64,000 nucleotides of DNA from Gemmatimonadales bacterium (GTDB lineage Bacteria > Gemmatimonadota > Gemmatimonadetes > Gemmatimonadales > GWC2-71-9). Position numbers and translations under genes: made by a program. This document shows, one piece after another, positions 21,796 through 30,507 of this stretch (its first letter is position 1; every line of letters begins with the position of its first letter). The stretch spans positions 544,001 to 608,000 of the forward strand of contig JBBCJC010000002.1 in NCBI GenBank assembly GCA_037189525.1, in the 5' to 3' direction. The notes beneath the pieces were generated by a model. It saw only the letters and a list, made by a program, of their open reading frames with translations. It searched no databases and was not told the origin of the DNA.

Positions 21796-22206
21796 ATGGC
21801 CGGTAAGCGAACGATCGGCGTGGAAGTGCTTCGGTCTGCTGCGCAGAAGCGCGCCGAGGCGACCTCGATCCGTGCCACGGCCGCTGAGATCGGCATGAGC
21901 TACACGGGCTTCCGGGCGTTTCTCCAGGGCGGGAAACCGCATCGGGAGACCCGCCGTCGGCTGGCGGCCTGGTATGCGATCATGCAGAGTCGGTCCGGTA
22001 CCGGAATCGGCGCGGAGGATGTTGCGGCAGCCGCCGAAGTCTTCGCGGCCTACTTGCGGCAAGCGGGTACACCCAAGCTGGTGCGAGAGCGCATTGCCGT
22101 CCTGGTCGACTCTCTGGTCGGGGAGTTCGACACGACCGGCCGGCAAACCATTGTGCCGCAGCTGGTGCAGGATCTCACCTCTATCCTCGATCGTCACGAT
22201 AGCTGA
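21796..22206 (+). CDS. Hypothetical protein with an N-terminal HTH-like segment
   Basis: SIRATAAEIGMSYTGFRAFLQG resembles an XRE/Cro helix-turn-helix. Confidence 0.6.
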   Translation: MAGKRTIGVEVLRSAAQKRAEATSIRATAAEIGMSYTGFRAFLQGGKPHRETRRRLAAWYAIMQSRSGTGIGAEDVAAAAEVFAAYLRQAGTPKLVRERIAVLVDSLVGEFDTTGRQTIVPQLVQDLTSILDRHDS

Positions 22207-22249
22207 CCGGCGGTGTGCCGGATCAGGTACTCGTTTTCGGCCCCATCGA

Positions 22250-22753
22250 TCAACGAAGCTGGCGGGCCACGGCACTCACGAAATTTTCTACTCCGGACAC
22301 CGGGCCGAAATCGGTATCGCTTCGGCTTCCGTCCGCCGAACGTCCGACCATCGTGGTGCGACCCGGGGTTAGTGCCAGTTCCAATGTGAAGTACCGCCCG
22401 GGCATGGCCTGCCCGTCTGCCGCCTGGGTGATCGCTACCATATACGCATCGGGTGCGATTTTCGGCGGCGGCATGACCATCGTGTGAATGACGTGCTTGT
22501 CGATTCGGCAGGTGCTGCAGGAGATGGTATCGCCCTCTCCGTCCCCATAGGGCCGCATCAGCGGCTCCAGCTCGTCCTCGCTCAGCAGACGGTGATCCAG
22601 GCAGCGCAGGCGCACCGCCGAGAGGAGCGCTTGCAGCTCACGGCGCCGGACGGACGAATCGGTGTCGAAGAGACGCGCGATTCGGTCCGGGCTGTGGAAA
22701 ACGACATCCGGCAGCACTACGTGCTCAAAGACGTATCGTACCATGTTCTGCAT
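22250..22753 (-). CDS. Hypothetical protein
   Basis: Globular-looking ORF (YVFEHVVLP...RYFTLE); start uncertain. Confidence 0.55.
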   Translation of the reverse strand: MQNMVRYVFEHVVLPDVVFHSPDRIARLFDTDSSVRRRELQALLSAVRLRCLDHRLLSEDELEPLMRPYGDGEGDTISCSTCRIDKHVIHTMVMPPPKIAPDAYMVAITQAADGQAMPGRYFTLELALTPGRTTMVGRSADGSRSDTDFGPVSGVENFVSAVARQLR

Positions 22754-22958
22754 TGCCCTCGCGCGGCTGGTCGGATGCCGTGGGCTATTAGATGGGCTAT
22801 TCTTCTCCGTGGATTGTACTCGATCCTGCCCAGGCGTCAACCGGGGAGGGCCGCTAGCCGAGCGGGCCGAAAAGTGGACACGGGCCTACTTGCGAAGTTG
22901 ATGGCTGGGCCGGAGATTCGAGCATTCCCGCACCTCCCTGCCATCAAGTGAGCCCCCT

Positions 22959-24818
22959 GTGAAGTTGGATACACTTTTGCGTCCAGTCCGCGTCCTCGTG
23001 GCGTTGGCCGTGGTCGTCCTCGTCGCGACCGGTCCCCTCGCAGCCCAGGTCCGATCCGACTATACCAAACGGACCGAGATGGTCCGGATGCGTGATGGTG
23101 TCTCGCTCTATACCGAAATCTGGACCCCGGTGACCCGATCCGGCCCGCTGCCGATCGTGATGGAACGGACGCCCTACAACGCGGCGAACATCGCCCCCCG
23201 GATGTCGAACCGGTACCAGCTGCTGGCCGACGAGGGATACATCTTCGTGTTCCAGGATGTCCGCGGAAAGTACCAGTCCGAGGGCACCTTCATGATCATC
23301 CGGCCGCCCCGAGACACGACGCGCGGCGAACTGGTCGACGAAACGACCGATGCCAACGACACGATCGACTGGCTGCTGGCCCATGTCGAGGGGCACAACG
23401 GTCGGGTCGGCATGCTCGGGATTTCCTACGGCGGCTGGCTCACCATGATGGCGCTGATCGATCCGCACCCGGCGCTCAAGGCGACCTCACCGCAGGCGTC
23501 GCCCGACGACATGTTCCAGGGCGACGATTTCCGCCACAACGGCGCCTTCCGTTTGAGCTACGGGTTCGAGTACGTCGCCAACCTCGAGGCCGGACGGGTC
23601 AGCGAACCGTTTCGCTTCGATCGGGCCGATACCTTCGAATGGTTCCTCAGGCTGGGCGGTCTTGCCAACGTTGACGCCAAGCACTTTCACAAGAAGCGTC
23701 CGACCTGGACCGACTTTGCCTCCCACCCGAACTTCGACGAATACTGGCGCCGCCGGAAGGTGAGCCCCGTGTTTGCCGGCAAGCCGGTGACCGTACCGAC
23801 GCTTACGGTGGCCGGCTGGTGGGACCAGGAAGATTTCTACGGTCCGCTGACGATCTACGACGCGCTGGAGAAGAACGACTCGAAGGGGATCAACTATCTC
23901 GTCGTCGGCCCCTGGAACCACGGTGGCTGGGCACGAGGCGACGGCAACAGTTTGGGACCGATCCAATTCGGCTCCAACACGTCCGTGCTGTTCCGCGAAC
24001 AGATCGAGGCGCCGTGGTTTGCGTACTGGCTCAAGGATAAAGGCACGCTCGACCTGCCCGAGGCCATGACCTTCCGTCCGGGTGCGAATACCTGGCAGCG
24101 TCACGATGCCTGGCCGCCGGTGCGCAATGTGGCGCCCCAGTCGCTCTACTTCCATGCCGGTGGACGGCTCAGCTTCGAGAAGCCGTCCGCGGCTGCCGGG
24201 TTTGACAGCTATGTATCCGATCCGGCGCGTCCGGTTCCGTATCGCCAGCGGCCGATCAATCCGCTCTATGGCGGTGCGGTTCCGTCGACCTGGCCGATCT
24301 GGCTGGTCGACGACCAGCGCCATTCCCATCTCCGTCCCGATGTGCTGACCTATGAAACCGAGGTGCTCACTGAAGACGTGACCATTTCGGGCCGGGTCCT
24401 GGCGCGCCTCTTTGCCTCGACGACGGGCACCGATGCGGACTGGGTCGTGAAACTGATCGACGCGTACCCGGAGTCGTATCCCGATGACCCGAAGATGGCG
24501 GGTTACCAGCTGATGGTCGTCAACGATGTCTTTCGGGCCCGCTTCCGCAACGGTTTCGAGAAGCCGGTGCCTGTCGTGCCCAACCAGGTGACACCGTACG
24601 CCATCAGCTTGCTTGCTGCGGATTATACCTTCAAAGCCGGCCACAAGATCATGGTGCAGGTGCAGAGCACCTGGTTCCCGCTGATCGATCGCAACCCACA
24701 GAAGTTCGTGCCGAACATTTTCGAGGCGCGCGACGCCGACTACATCAAAGCGACGCAGCGCATCTATCGATCGGCGACCCAACCGAGTCGGATCGATGTC
24801 TCGGTGGTGACGCGCTGA
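22959..24818 (+). CDS. CocE/NonD family hydrolase (peptidase S15 / glutaryl-7-ACA acylase-like)
   Basis: MRDGV, RTPY, QDVRGKYQSEG, GISYGG nucleophile, GPWNHG; signal peptide. Confidence 0.93.
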   Translation: MKLDTLLRPVRVLVALAVVVLVATGPLAAQVRSDYTKRTEMVRMRDGVSLYTEIWTPVTRSGPLPIVMERTPYNAANIAPRMSNRYQLLADEGYIFVFQDVRGKYQSEGTFMIIRPPRDTTRGELVDETTDANDTIDWLLAHVEGHNGRVGMLGISYGGWLTMMALIDPHPALKATSPQASPDDMFQGDDFRHNGAFRLSYGFEYVANLEAGRVSEPFRFDRADTFEWFLRLGGLANVDAKHFHKKRPTWTDFASHPNFDEYWRRRKVSPVFAGKPVTVPTLTVAGWWDQEDFYGPLTIYDALEKNDSKGINYLVVGPWNHGGWARGDGNSLGPIQFGSNTSVLFREQIEAPWFAYWLKDKGTLDLPEAMTFRPGANTWQRHDAWPPVRNVAPQSLYFHAGGRLSFEKPSAAAGFDSYVSDPARPVPYRQRPINPLYGGAVPSTWPIWLVDDQRHSHLRPDVLTYETEVLTEDVTISGRVLARLFASTTGTDADWVVKLIDAYPESYPDDPKMAGYQLMVVNDVFRARFRNGFEKPVPVVPNQVTPYAISLLAADYTFKAGHKIMVQVQSTWFPLIDRNPQKFVPNIFEARDADYIKATQRIYRSATQPSRIDVSVVTR

Positions 24819-24827
24819 TGGACTGAG

Positions 24828-24861
24828 CCGGGCGGAGAGTACACTCCGCCCGGTGTCGTTT
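24828..24861 (+). terminator. Hairpin after the CocE gene
   Basis: 10-bp stem CCGGGCGGAG/CTCCGCCCGG followed by TGTCGTTT. Confidence 0.55.
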
Positions 24862-24897
24862 CCGGATTGTTCCTTCGCTCTCGTTTTCGGAGTGTTC

Positions 24898-26913
24898 ATG
24901 ATGCGATCCAACTTGTGGCTTCTGATGTTGGTGCCCTCGCTGGCGTCTGCGCAGACAGCGGCCCCGTCCGGGCAAAGCGCGGCGCTGCGGCGGCTCGTCC
25001 CCACCGACTTCTACCGGATCAAGAACGTCGGCGCGCCGAAGATCTCGCCTGACGGGCAGTGGGTGGCCTATACGATGTCGACCCCGGACTCGGTCAAGGA
25101 CCGGTCCAATACCGATATTTACATGGTGAGTTGGGACGGCATGCGACGCGTTCAGCTGACGTCGTCGCCGGATGGGGAATCGAGCCCGGAGTGGAGCCCG
25201 GACAATCGCTACCTGAGCTTCCTCAGTTCGCGCGGCGGTGACAGTCGCGGTTCGCAGTTGTGGCTGATGGATCGCCTTGGCGGTGAAGGCCTCAAGGTGA
25301 CGGATGTGCGTGGCGGCATCGACGACTATGCCTGGTCGCCCGACGGAAGTCGTCTGGCCTTCGTGATTCAGGATCCCGATCCGGATACCACCAAGACCGA
25401 CGATGAGAAGCCGCCGAAGGCAATCGAAATCGACCGGTGGAACTTCAAGCGCGACTATGTCGGATATCTCGATCGCCGGCGGACGCATCTGTATCTCTTC
25501 GATCTGGCGAGCCGGAAACTGACTCAGCTGACCTCGGGCGATTTCGACGATTCGGGGCCGGCGTGGTCACCCGACGGGAAGGCAATCGCGTTTACGTCCA
25601 AGCGGGCTCCCGGCGCCGAACGGACCGATAACTGGGACCTCTACGTCATCGAGGCGCGCGAGGGGGCCGAACCGCGCGCGCTGACCACCGCGGTGAACAA
25701 CGAAGGGCGCGGCGCGACATACAGCCCGGACGGTAAGTGGATTGCCTTCCTGCAGGGCGGCGATCCCAAGTACTGGGCCTATGACAATTCCCGGGTGGCT
25801 GTGGTGCCGTCCAGTGGAGGTCCGGTTCGGGCGCTGACCGACGCCCTCGACCGGAATGTGTCGGAGCCGACCTGGTCGCAGGATGGCAAGCATATCTACT
25901 TCGTGTTCGATGATGATCGTAAGGGCGTCCTGGGCCGAGTCAGTCTCGCGGGAGGCGCCATCGAGCGGGTCAGTGATGCGGAGCAGGACCTGTCGGGGAT
26001 CAACATCGTCGGGGATCGGATTGCGTTGAGCGTCTCGACCGATACCCACCCCACCGAGGCCGCGGTGCTGGAGCGCGGCGCGCTCCGCCGAATCACGGCG
26101 CACAATGATTCACTCATGAACGTGATCGATCTCGGTCGCGCCGAGCGGTTTACTTCGACCAGCAAAGACGGCACGGTGGTCGGGAGTATGCTCTACCTTC
26201 CGCCCGACTATCGAGCCGGGCAACGGTATCCGCTTGCTCTGCACATCCATGGCGGCCCGTTTGGCCAGGACGGCCACGGCTTCGACTTCATGCGCCGTGT
26301 CTTTGCGGCGCGGGGATATGCGGTGCTCGCCGTCAACTATCGGGGCAGCTCGGGCCGCGGAGAAGCGTTCAGCACCGCCATCTTTGCCGACTGGGGCAAC
26401 AAGGAGGTCGTCGACCTGCTCGGCGCGGTCGATCAAGCGGTGGCGCGTGGCGTTGCCGACCCCGATCGCCTGGTGCTCGGCGGGTGGAGCTACGGTGGCA
26501 TTCTCACCAACTACACCATCGCGACCGACACGCGATTCAAAGCGGGCGTGAGCGGAGCGGGCAGTTCACTGCAGCTCACGATGTACGGCACCGACCAGTA
26601 CGTCTACCAGTACGAGCAGGAACTGGGGCCGCCCTGGAAGAACATCGAGCCGTGGCTCAAAGTCTCGTATCCGTTCCTCAAGGCCGATCGTATCGTCACG
26701 CCGACCATGTTCATGGGTGGCGAGCGCGACTTCAACGTCCCGATCACCGGCTCGGAGCAGATGTATCAGGCGCTGCAGAGCAATAACGTGGAGAGTCGTC
26801 TGGTGGTATGGCCGGGCATGTTTCACGGGCCCCGCACGCCGGGTCAGCGGATCGACATCATCAATCGGTATCTCGGCTGGTGGGAGCGATACGTGAAACC
26901 TGCGGTGCCTTGA
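24898..26913 (+). CDS. S9 family peptidase (acylaminoacyl/dipeptidyl peptidase)
   Basis: WSPDG propeller repeats, HGGP, GWSYGG, catalytic D (ERDFNV) and H (MFHG). Confidence 0.94.
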   Translation: MMRSNLWLLMLVPSLASAQTAAPSGQSAALRRLVPTDFYRIKNVGAPKISPDGQWVAYTMSTPDSVKDRSNTDIYMVSWDGMRRVQLTSSPDGESSPEWSPDNRYLSFLSSRGGDSRGSQLWLMDRLGGEGLKVTDVRGGIDDYAWSPDGSRLAFVIQDPDPDTTKTDDEKPPKAIEIDRWNFKRDYVGYLDRRRTHLYLFDLASRKLTQLTSGDFDDSGPAWSPDGKAIAFTSKRAPGAERTDNWDLYVIEAREGAEPRALTTAVNNEGRGATYSPDGKWIAFLQGGDPKYWAYDNSRVAVVPSSGGPVRALTDALDRNVSEPTWSQDGKHIYFVFDDDRKGVLGRVSLAGGAIERVSDAEQDLSGINIVGDRIALSVSTDTHPTEAAVLERGALRRITAHNDSLMNVIDLGRAERFTSTSKDGTVVGSMLYLPPDYRAGQRYPLALHIHGGPFGQDGHGFDFMRRVFAARGYAVLAVNYRGSSGRGEAFSTAIFADWGNKEVVDLLGAVDQAVARGVADPDRLVLGGWSYGGILTNYTIATDTRFKAGVSGAGSSLQLTMYGTDQYVYQYEQELGPPWKNIEPWLKVSYPFLKADRIVTPTMFMGGERDFNVPITGSEQMYQALQSNNVESRLVVWPGMFHGPRTPGQRIDIINRYLGWWERYVKPAVP

Positions 26914-26945
26914 GATCCGGCTTCGATTGTTTGGGATCGGTGAGG

Positions 26946-27077
26946 GGAGGGGAGGTGGGGTGTCGCTCGGGGGACGCGCTGCGCTGAGGTCGCGCGTGTA
27001 GGTTTGAGATGATCGCACGGCGGGGGCGCCGACCACGCACGACGCGCGCCCCCCGAGCGACACCCCACCTCCCCTCC
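26946..27077 (+). repeat. Long-hairpin element, copy A
   Basis: 34-bp inverted repeat (26946-26979 / 27044-27077, one mismatch) around a 64-nt core homologous to copy B. Confidence 0.85.
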
Positions 27078-27173
27078 GCGGTGTTCGGCTCTTTAATCCG
27101 TAGGAGAAGTTAGCATCGCAGATACGTAGCCCCAGCCGCTGCGTGCTAAAATCGCGTAGAGCCTCAGATCGTT

Positions 27174-27295
27174 GGCGAGGGATCGGGCAGGAGACGCCGC
27201 CAGCGCGTCAGTCGGCGCCCCGGCCCTGCGATCATCTCCGCCGTACCGGCGCGACTGCAGCGCCAGGCGTCTCCTGCCCGACCCCTCGCCTCCCC
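27174..27295 (-). repeat. Long-hairpin element, copy B (inverted relative to A)
   Basis: 25-bp inverted repeat (27174-27198 / 27266-27290); core shares GAGATGATCGCA and GGGGCGCCGAC with A. Confidence 0.85.
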
Positions 27296-27328
27296 ATGCT
27301 CAGAGATCCTAACCGACCGATCGACGCC

Positions 27329-30300
27329 TCACGGACGAGCGGGCTCCGACGGCACGGCCGCCAAGGCGGACAGGGCCGGTCCTAACTGCTGGAAGATGTG
27401 AGCCGGTAGCGAGCTGGTGAAGCTGAAGTCGTCGGCCTCCGCACCAAGCACGAACGCCGTCAGCACGCCGTAGAAGCGGTCGCCCACGAAGAAGACCAGG
27501 GTCGAGGTCCGATTGAGCGCGCGGTCCTCGACGACGCGGCCTCCCTGTCCGAAGACCCGGAACCGGTTGTTCCCCGTTCCGGTCTTGGCACCGATCGGCA
27601 GAGGCTTTCCGTCCGGGGCTTTCACGGTCCCCAATGCGCGGCGACCGGTACCGCGTTCCACCACATCGATCATGGTCCGACGCACCACTGCCGTGAGCTC
27701 GGGGGAGAGCAGTCGTTCGCCGGGCGCCGCGGGTCGCCGCAGCACGGTGGCGAACGGTGTGTCGTCGGCCAGGCGAAGTTCCACGACCCGGGTCGATGCC
27801 TGCCGCACGCCGTCGTTGATCAGGATGCCGACCAGTTCGGCGAGCTGATCGGGGCGATCTGCCGAGCTACCGATGGCGGTCGCGTACGACGGGACCAGCG
27901 ACGCAAACGGATATCCCAGCCGCTTCCAGCGGGCGTGCACTTCGAAAAATGCCTCGATTTCGAGAATCGATCGGATCCGCTGATCCTGGGCCTGGGTACG
28001 CCGGGTCGAGAAGAGCCACTGGTACACGTCCTGGCGAACGGTACGGCTCGAGTCCATCACCTCGGTGCGGGTGGCGTCGGGGTGCCGGAGTTTGAACTCC
28101 ACCAGCCAGAGTTCGAGCGGGTGGATCCCCGCCAGGAAGCTGCGATCGACCAGCGAGAAGCTGGCGGGGTTGGCCCGGTCGAACACTTCCCGGATATGCG
28201 CCGGCGAGAGACGCATCTCCTCGCCGAGCGTGGCCTGGAGAAAGCGGGTAAAGGCCGAAACGTCTTCGGCGGGAGCCACGACGCGGAAAATCCAGGCCAG
28301 CCGCTGTGGAGACAGGGAGCGGTTCTGAACCAGGCCTGCCAGGGCGGAGTCGCGGGTCGTCCAGTCGTGTTTGCGCAGGAACTGATCGAGAAACTGGCGT
28401 CCTTCGCGATCGGCGAATCGGGCCAGATACTCCTGGCGTCGCGGATCGGATCGATCGCTCAGGACGCCGGGGGCCGGATGACCCGGTAACCGGTTCATGT
28501 GATACTGGACGATGTCTCGCATCATCCGGATGAACGGCAGGTTGATCGAATGCCGGAACGCCTCGCGGACCGTGACGGCCTGGTTGTCGAAGGTCGACTC
28601 GAAATTCCGAAAGGTGTGGAGACCCCCGCCAGTCATGAAACGCTCTCGCGGGCTCGCCGAATAACGCCGATCCATCGCGGCTTCGAGCAACTCGGGCACG
28701 GTTGCCTTGGGCCGGGCGGCCACGAACTGGCGGACCCAGACGGTCAGCGGATCGCCCGGGCGATGCGTAGCCGTGCGCGCCGAGTCGGAGGTGAGGTCGG
28801 CGTGGAGGAGCTCGATGGTTTCGAGATAGGTGATCAAGGTGCGCAGCTTGGCGGTCGACCCCAGCTCGAGCTTGGCGCCTTCGATCGGGCTGAACGGGCC
28901 GTCGACGTTGTCGGCCTGAATCCGGACCACATTGCCGTTGGGCGTTCGTTCGTAGAGCAGGAAGGCGTAGTGCACCTTGGCCGGGTCGCCGCGCTGCAGC
29001 AGCCGGTATCCGGAGAGCCCGGCGGACGCGATGTAGGCGCTGTCCTGGAGCTTGAGCAACATGTCCGTGACGGCCGTCTGCGCCGCGCCGTCGAAGGTGG
29101 TCCGGGCTGTGGCGTCGTAGCGATCGAGCTGATAGAACGCAGGGACTCGGCCGGTGGTGAGCAGTTCCGTGCGAACCGCGTTGACGGCTTTGCGTTCGAT
29201 GAAGGACGGCGTCTGCCGCTCCGGCGCCCGGAGATTCGGGCGTGTCGCGCCTTCGCGCGCGGCATCCCGGAGCGCGGACGAGATGACCCCTTCGCGAGCC
29301 AGCAGATCCAGATAGCGATCTGCGCGCCTTTCGAGCGCGTCGATGCCCGCATCGTCGGTCAGGAAATATGACGGGCGCTGCACGGCCATGATCAGGTTCA
29401 GCACATGGCGATAGGCTCGGCCGTGTCGTGCCGGATGCGGCGCGATGGTCGAATCCGCCGCTTCGCGCAGGTACCGATTGATGTCTTCGAAGTTGGCGCC
29501 GAACCAGGCCCAGAGTCCGTCGCCCAGACCGGTGACTTCGCCGTAGCCCGCGATACCGGCGAGCGGCATCGAGTTGAGATAGCTGGTGACGATTTCCTGG
29601 CGGGCTTTCATCGTGTTGGTGCCGTCCAGATACGCCCGGTAGGACGCGGACTCCATCTGCAGCAGCTTGTCGGTCGGCGATAGAGTCCGCCCCTCCGACG
29701 CATGACGGAACTTCTCGAGTTGCGTGGCCAGCGTACTGGCGCCGGCGACCGAACCGTCGCGCCCCAGCCGTCGGCCACCGAGACCGGCGGCGGCGCGAAT
29801 TAGCCGCTGCCAATCGACCGCAGGATTCCGCTGCGGAGTGGCGGAGTCGAGCAGGGTACGATTTTCGACGAAGAGCAGCGTTCGCCAGACCAGGTCGGGG
29901 ATCGAATCGAAGTCGGGGTAGCCGCGGTCGGGGTAGCGTCCGTCGAACATGACGAGACCGCTCCGATCGAGGATACGAAGCCCGGCCTGATCCTTGGCGT
30001 GATAGATGGGTGAGAGACCGCGATCCATCAGGGAGGCGAATCGCTCGGTCACCCGTGCCTGGCTGTCGATCGCAAAACCGGAGGCTACGAACGCTTCGGT
30101 CAGCTCGGGGATTTTGCTGTAACCGTAGCGGAGATCGTACGGACCCTGGCCGGGAAACCGGATGGACGGGCTGGGCCCCGCGTCCATCGCAAACCCCAGT
30201 TCCCGCCCGCGCTCGGCAAAGAACCGGGACTGGAAGAACGAGGTCCGAAACTCGATTGCAGCCACGATGCCGCCGAGCAGGAACAGCACTGCTATGATGG

Positions 30301-30355
30301 CAATGGCGTACCAGAGCCATCGCCGGCGGGCAGGCTTGGTGCGTGTGGCGTTCAT
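27329..30355 (-). CDS. Large class A PBP-like protein (GT51 transglycosylase plus transpeptidase-like domain)
   Basis: N-terminal TM; GASTLATQLEK and YLN motifs; STAK (SxxK), SIN (SxN) and KTGT. Confidence 0.85.
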   Translation of the reverse strand: MNATRTKPARRRWLWYAIAIIAVLFLLGGIVAAIEFRTSFFQSRFFAERGRELGFAMDAGPSPSIRFPGQGPYDLRYGYSKIPELTEAFVASGFAIDSQARVTERFASLMDRGLSPIYHAKDQAGLRILDRSGLVMFDGRYPDRGYPDFDSIPDLVWRTLLFVENRTLLDSATPQRNPAVDWQRLIRAAAGLGGRRLGRDGSVAGASTLATQLEKFRHASEGRTLSPTDKLLQMESASYRAYLDGTNTMKARQEIVTSYLNSMPLAGIAGYGEVTGLGDGLWAWFGANFEDINRYLREAADSTIAPHPARHGRAYRHVLNLIMAVQRPSYFLTDDAGIDALERRADRYLDLLAREGVISSALRDAAREGATRPNLRAPERQTPSFIERKAVNAVRTELLTTGRVPAFYQLDRYDATARTTFDGAAQTAVTDMLLKLQDSAYIASAGLSGYRLLQRGDPAKVHYAFLLYERTPNGNVVRIQADNVDGPFSPIEGAKLELGSTAKLRTLITYLETIELLHADLTSDSARTATHRPGDPLTVWVRQFVAARPKATVPELLEAAMDRRYSASPRERFMTGGGLHTFRNFESTFDNQAVTVREAFRHSINLPFIRMMRDIVQYHMNRLPGHPAPGVLSDRSDPRRQEYLARFADREGRQFLDQFLRKHDWTTRDSALAGLVQNRSLSPQRLAWIFRVVAPAEDVSAFTRFLQATLGEEMRLSPAHIREVFDRANPASFSLVDRSFLAGIHPLELWLVEFKLRHPDATRTEVMDSSRTVRQDVYQWLFSTRRTQAQDQRIRSILEIEAFFEVHARWKRLGYPFASLVPSYATAIGSSADRPDQLAELVGILINDGVRQASTRVVELRLADDTPFATVLRRPAAPGERLLSPELTAVVRRTMIDVVERGTGRRALGTVKAPDGKPLPIGAKTGTGNNRFRVFGQGGRVVEDRALNRTSTLVFFVGDRFYGVLTAFVLGAEADDFSFTSSLPAHIFQQLGPALSALAAVPSEPARP

Positions 30356-30507
30356 GCGGCGACGAGTTCTCTGGTGCGCACGTGAGCGATTGGCGGAACC
30401 TAACAGCGAACCGATGTTGCTAGAAGGGTGCCGGAAATGTGAAGAGCGGCTCCGTCAGGTCTGCTGACGGGGCCGCTCTTCATGTGATGCGGATTGGATT
30501 GGTGTCG

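Noticed and set aside
26844..27385. Two small ORFs sharing SAPxPCDHL
   Set aside because: They are translations of the two hairpin copies; the substitutions preserve base pairing rather than protein sequence
27867..30320. 817-aa alternative-frame ORF inside the PBP gene
   Set aside because: Arg/Pro/Gly-rich with no motifs; typical stop-poor shadow frame of high-GC DNA
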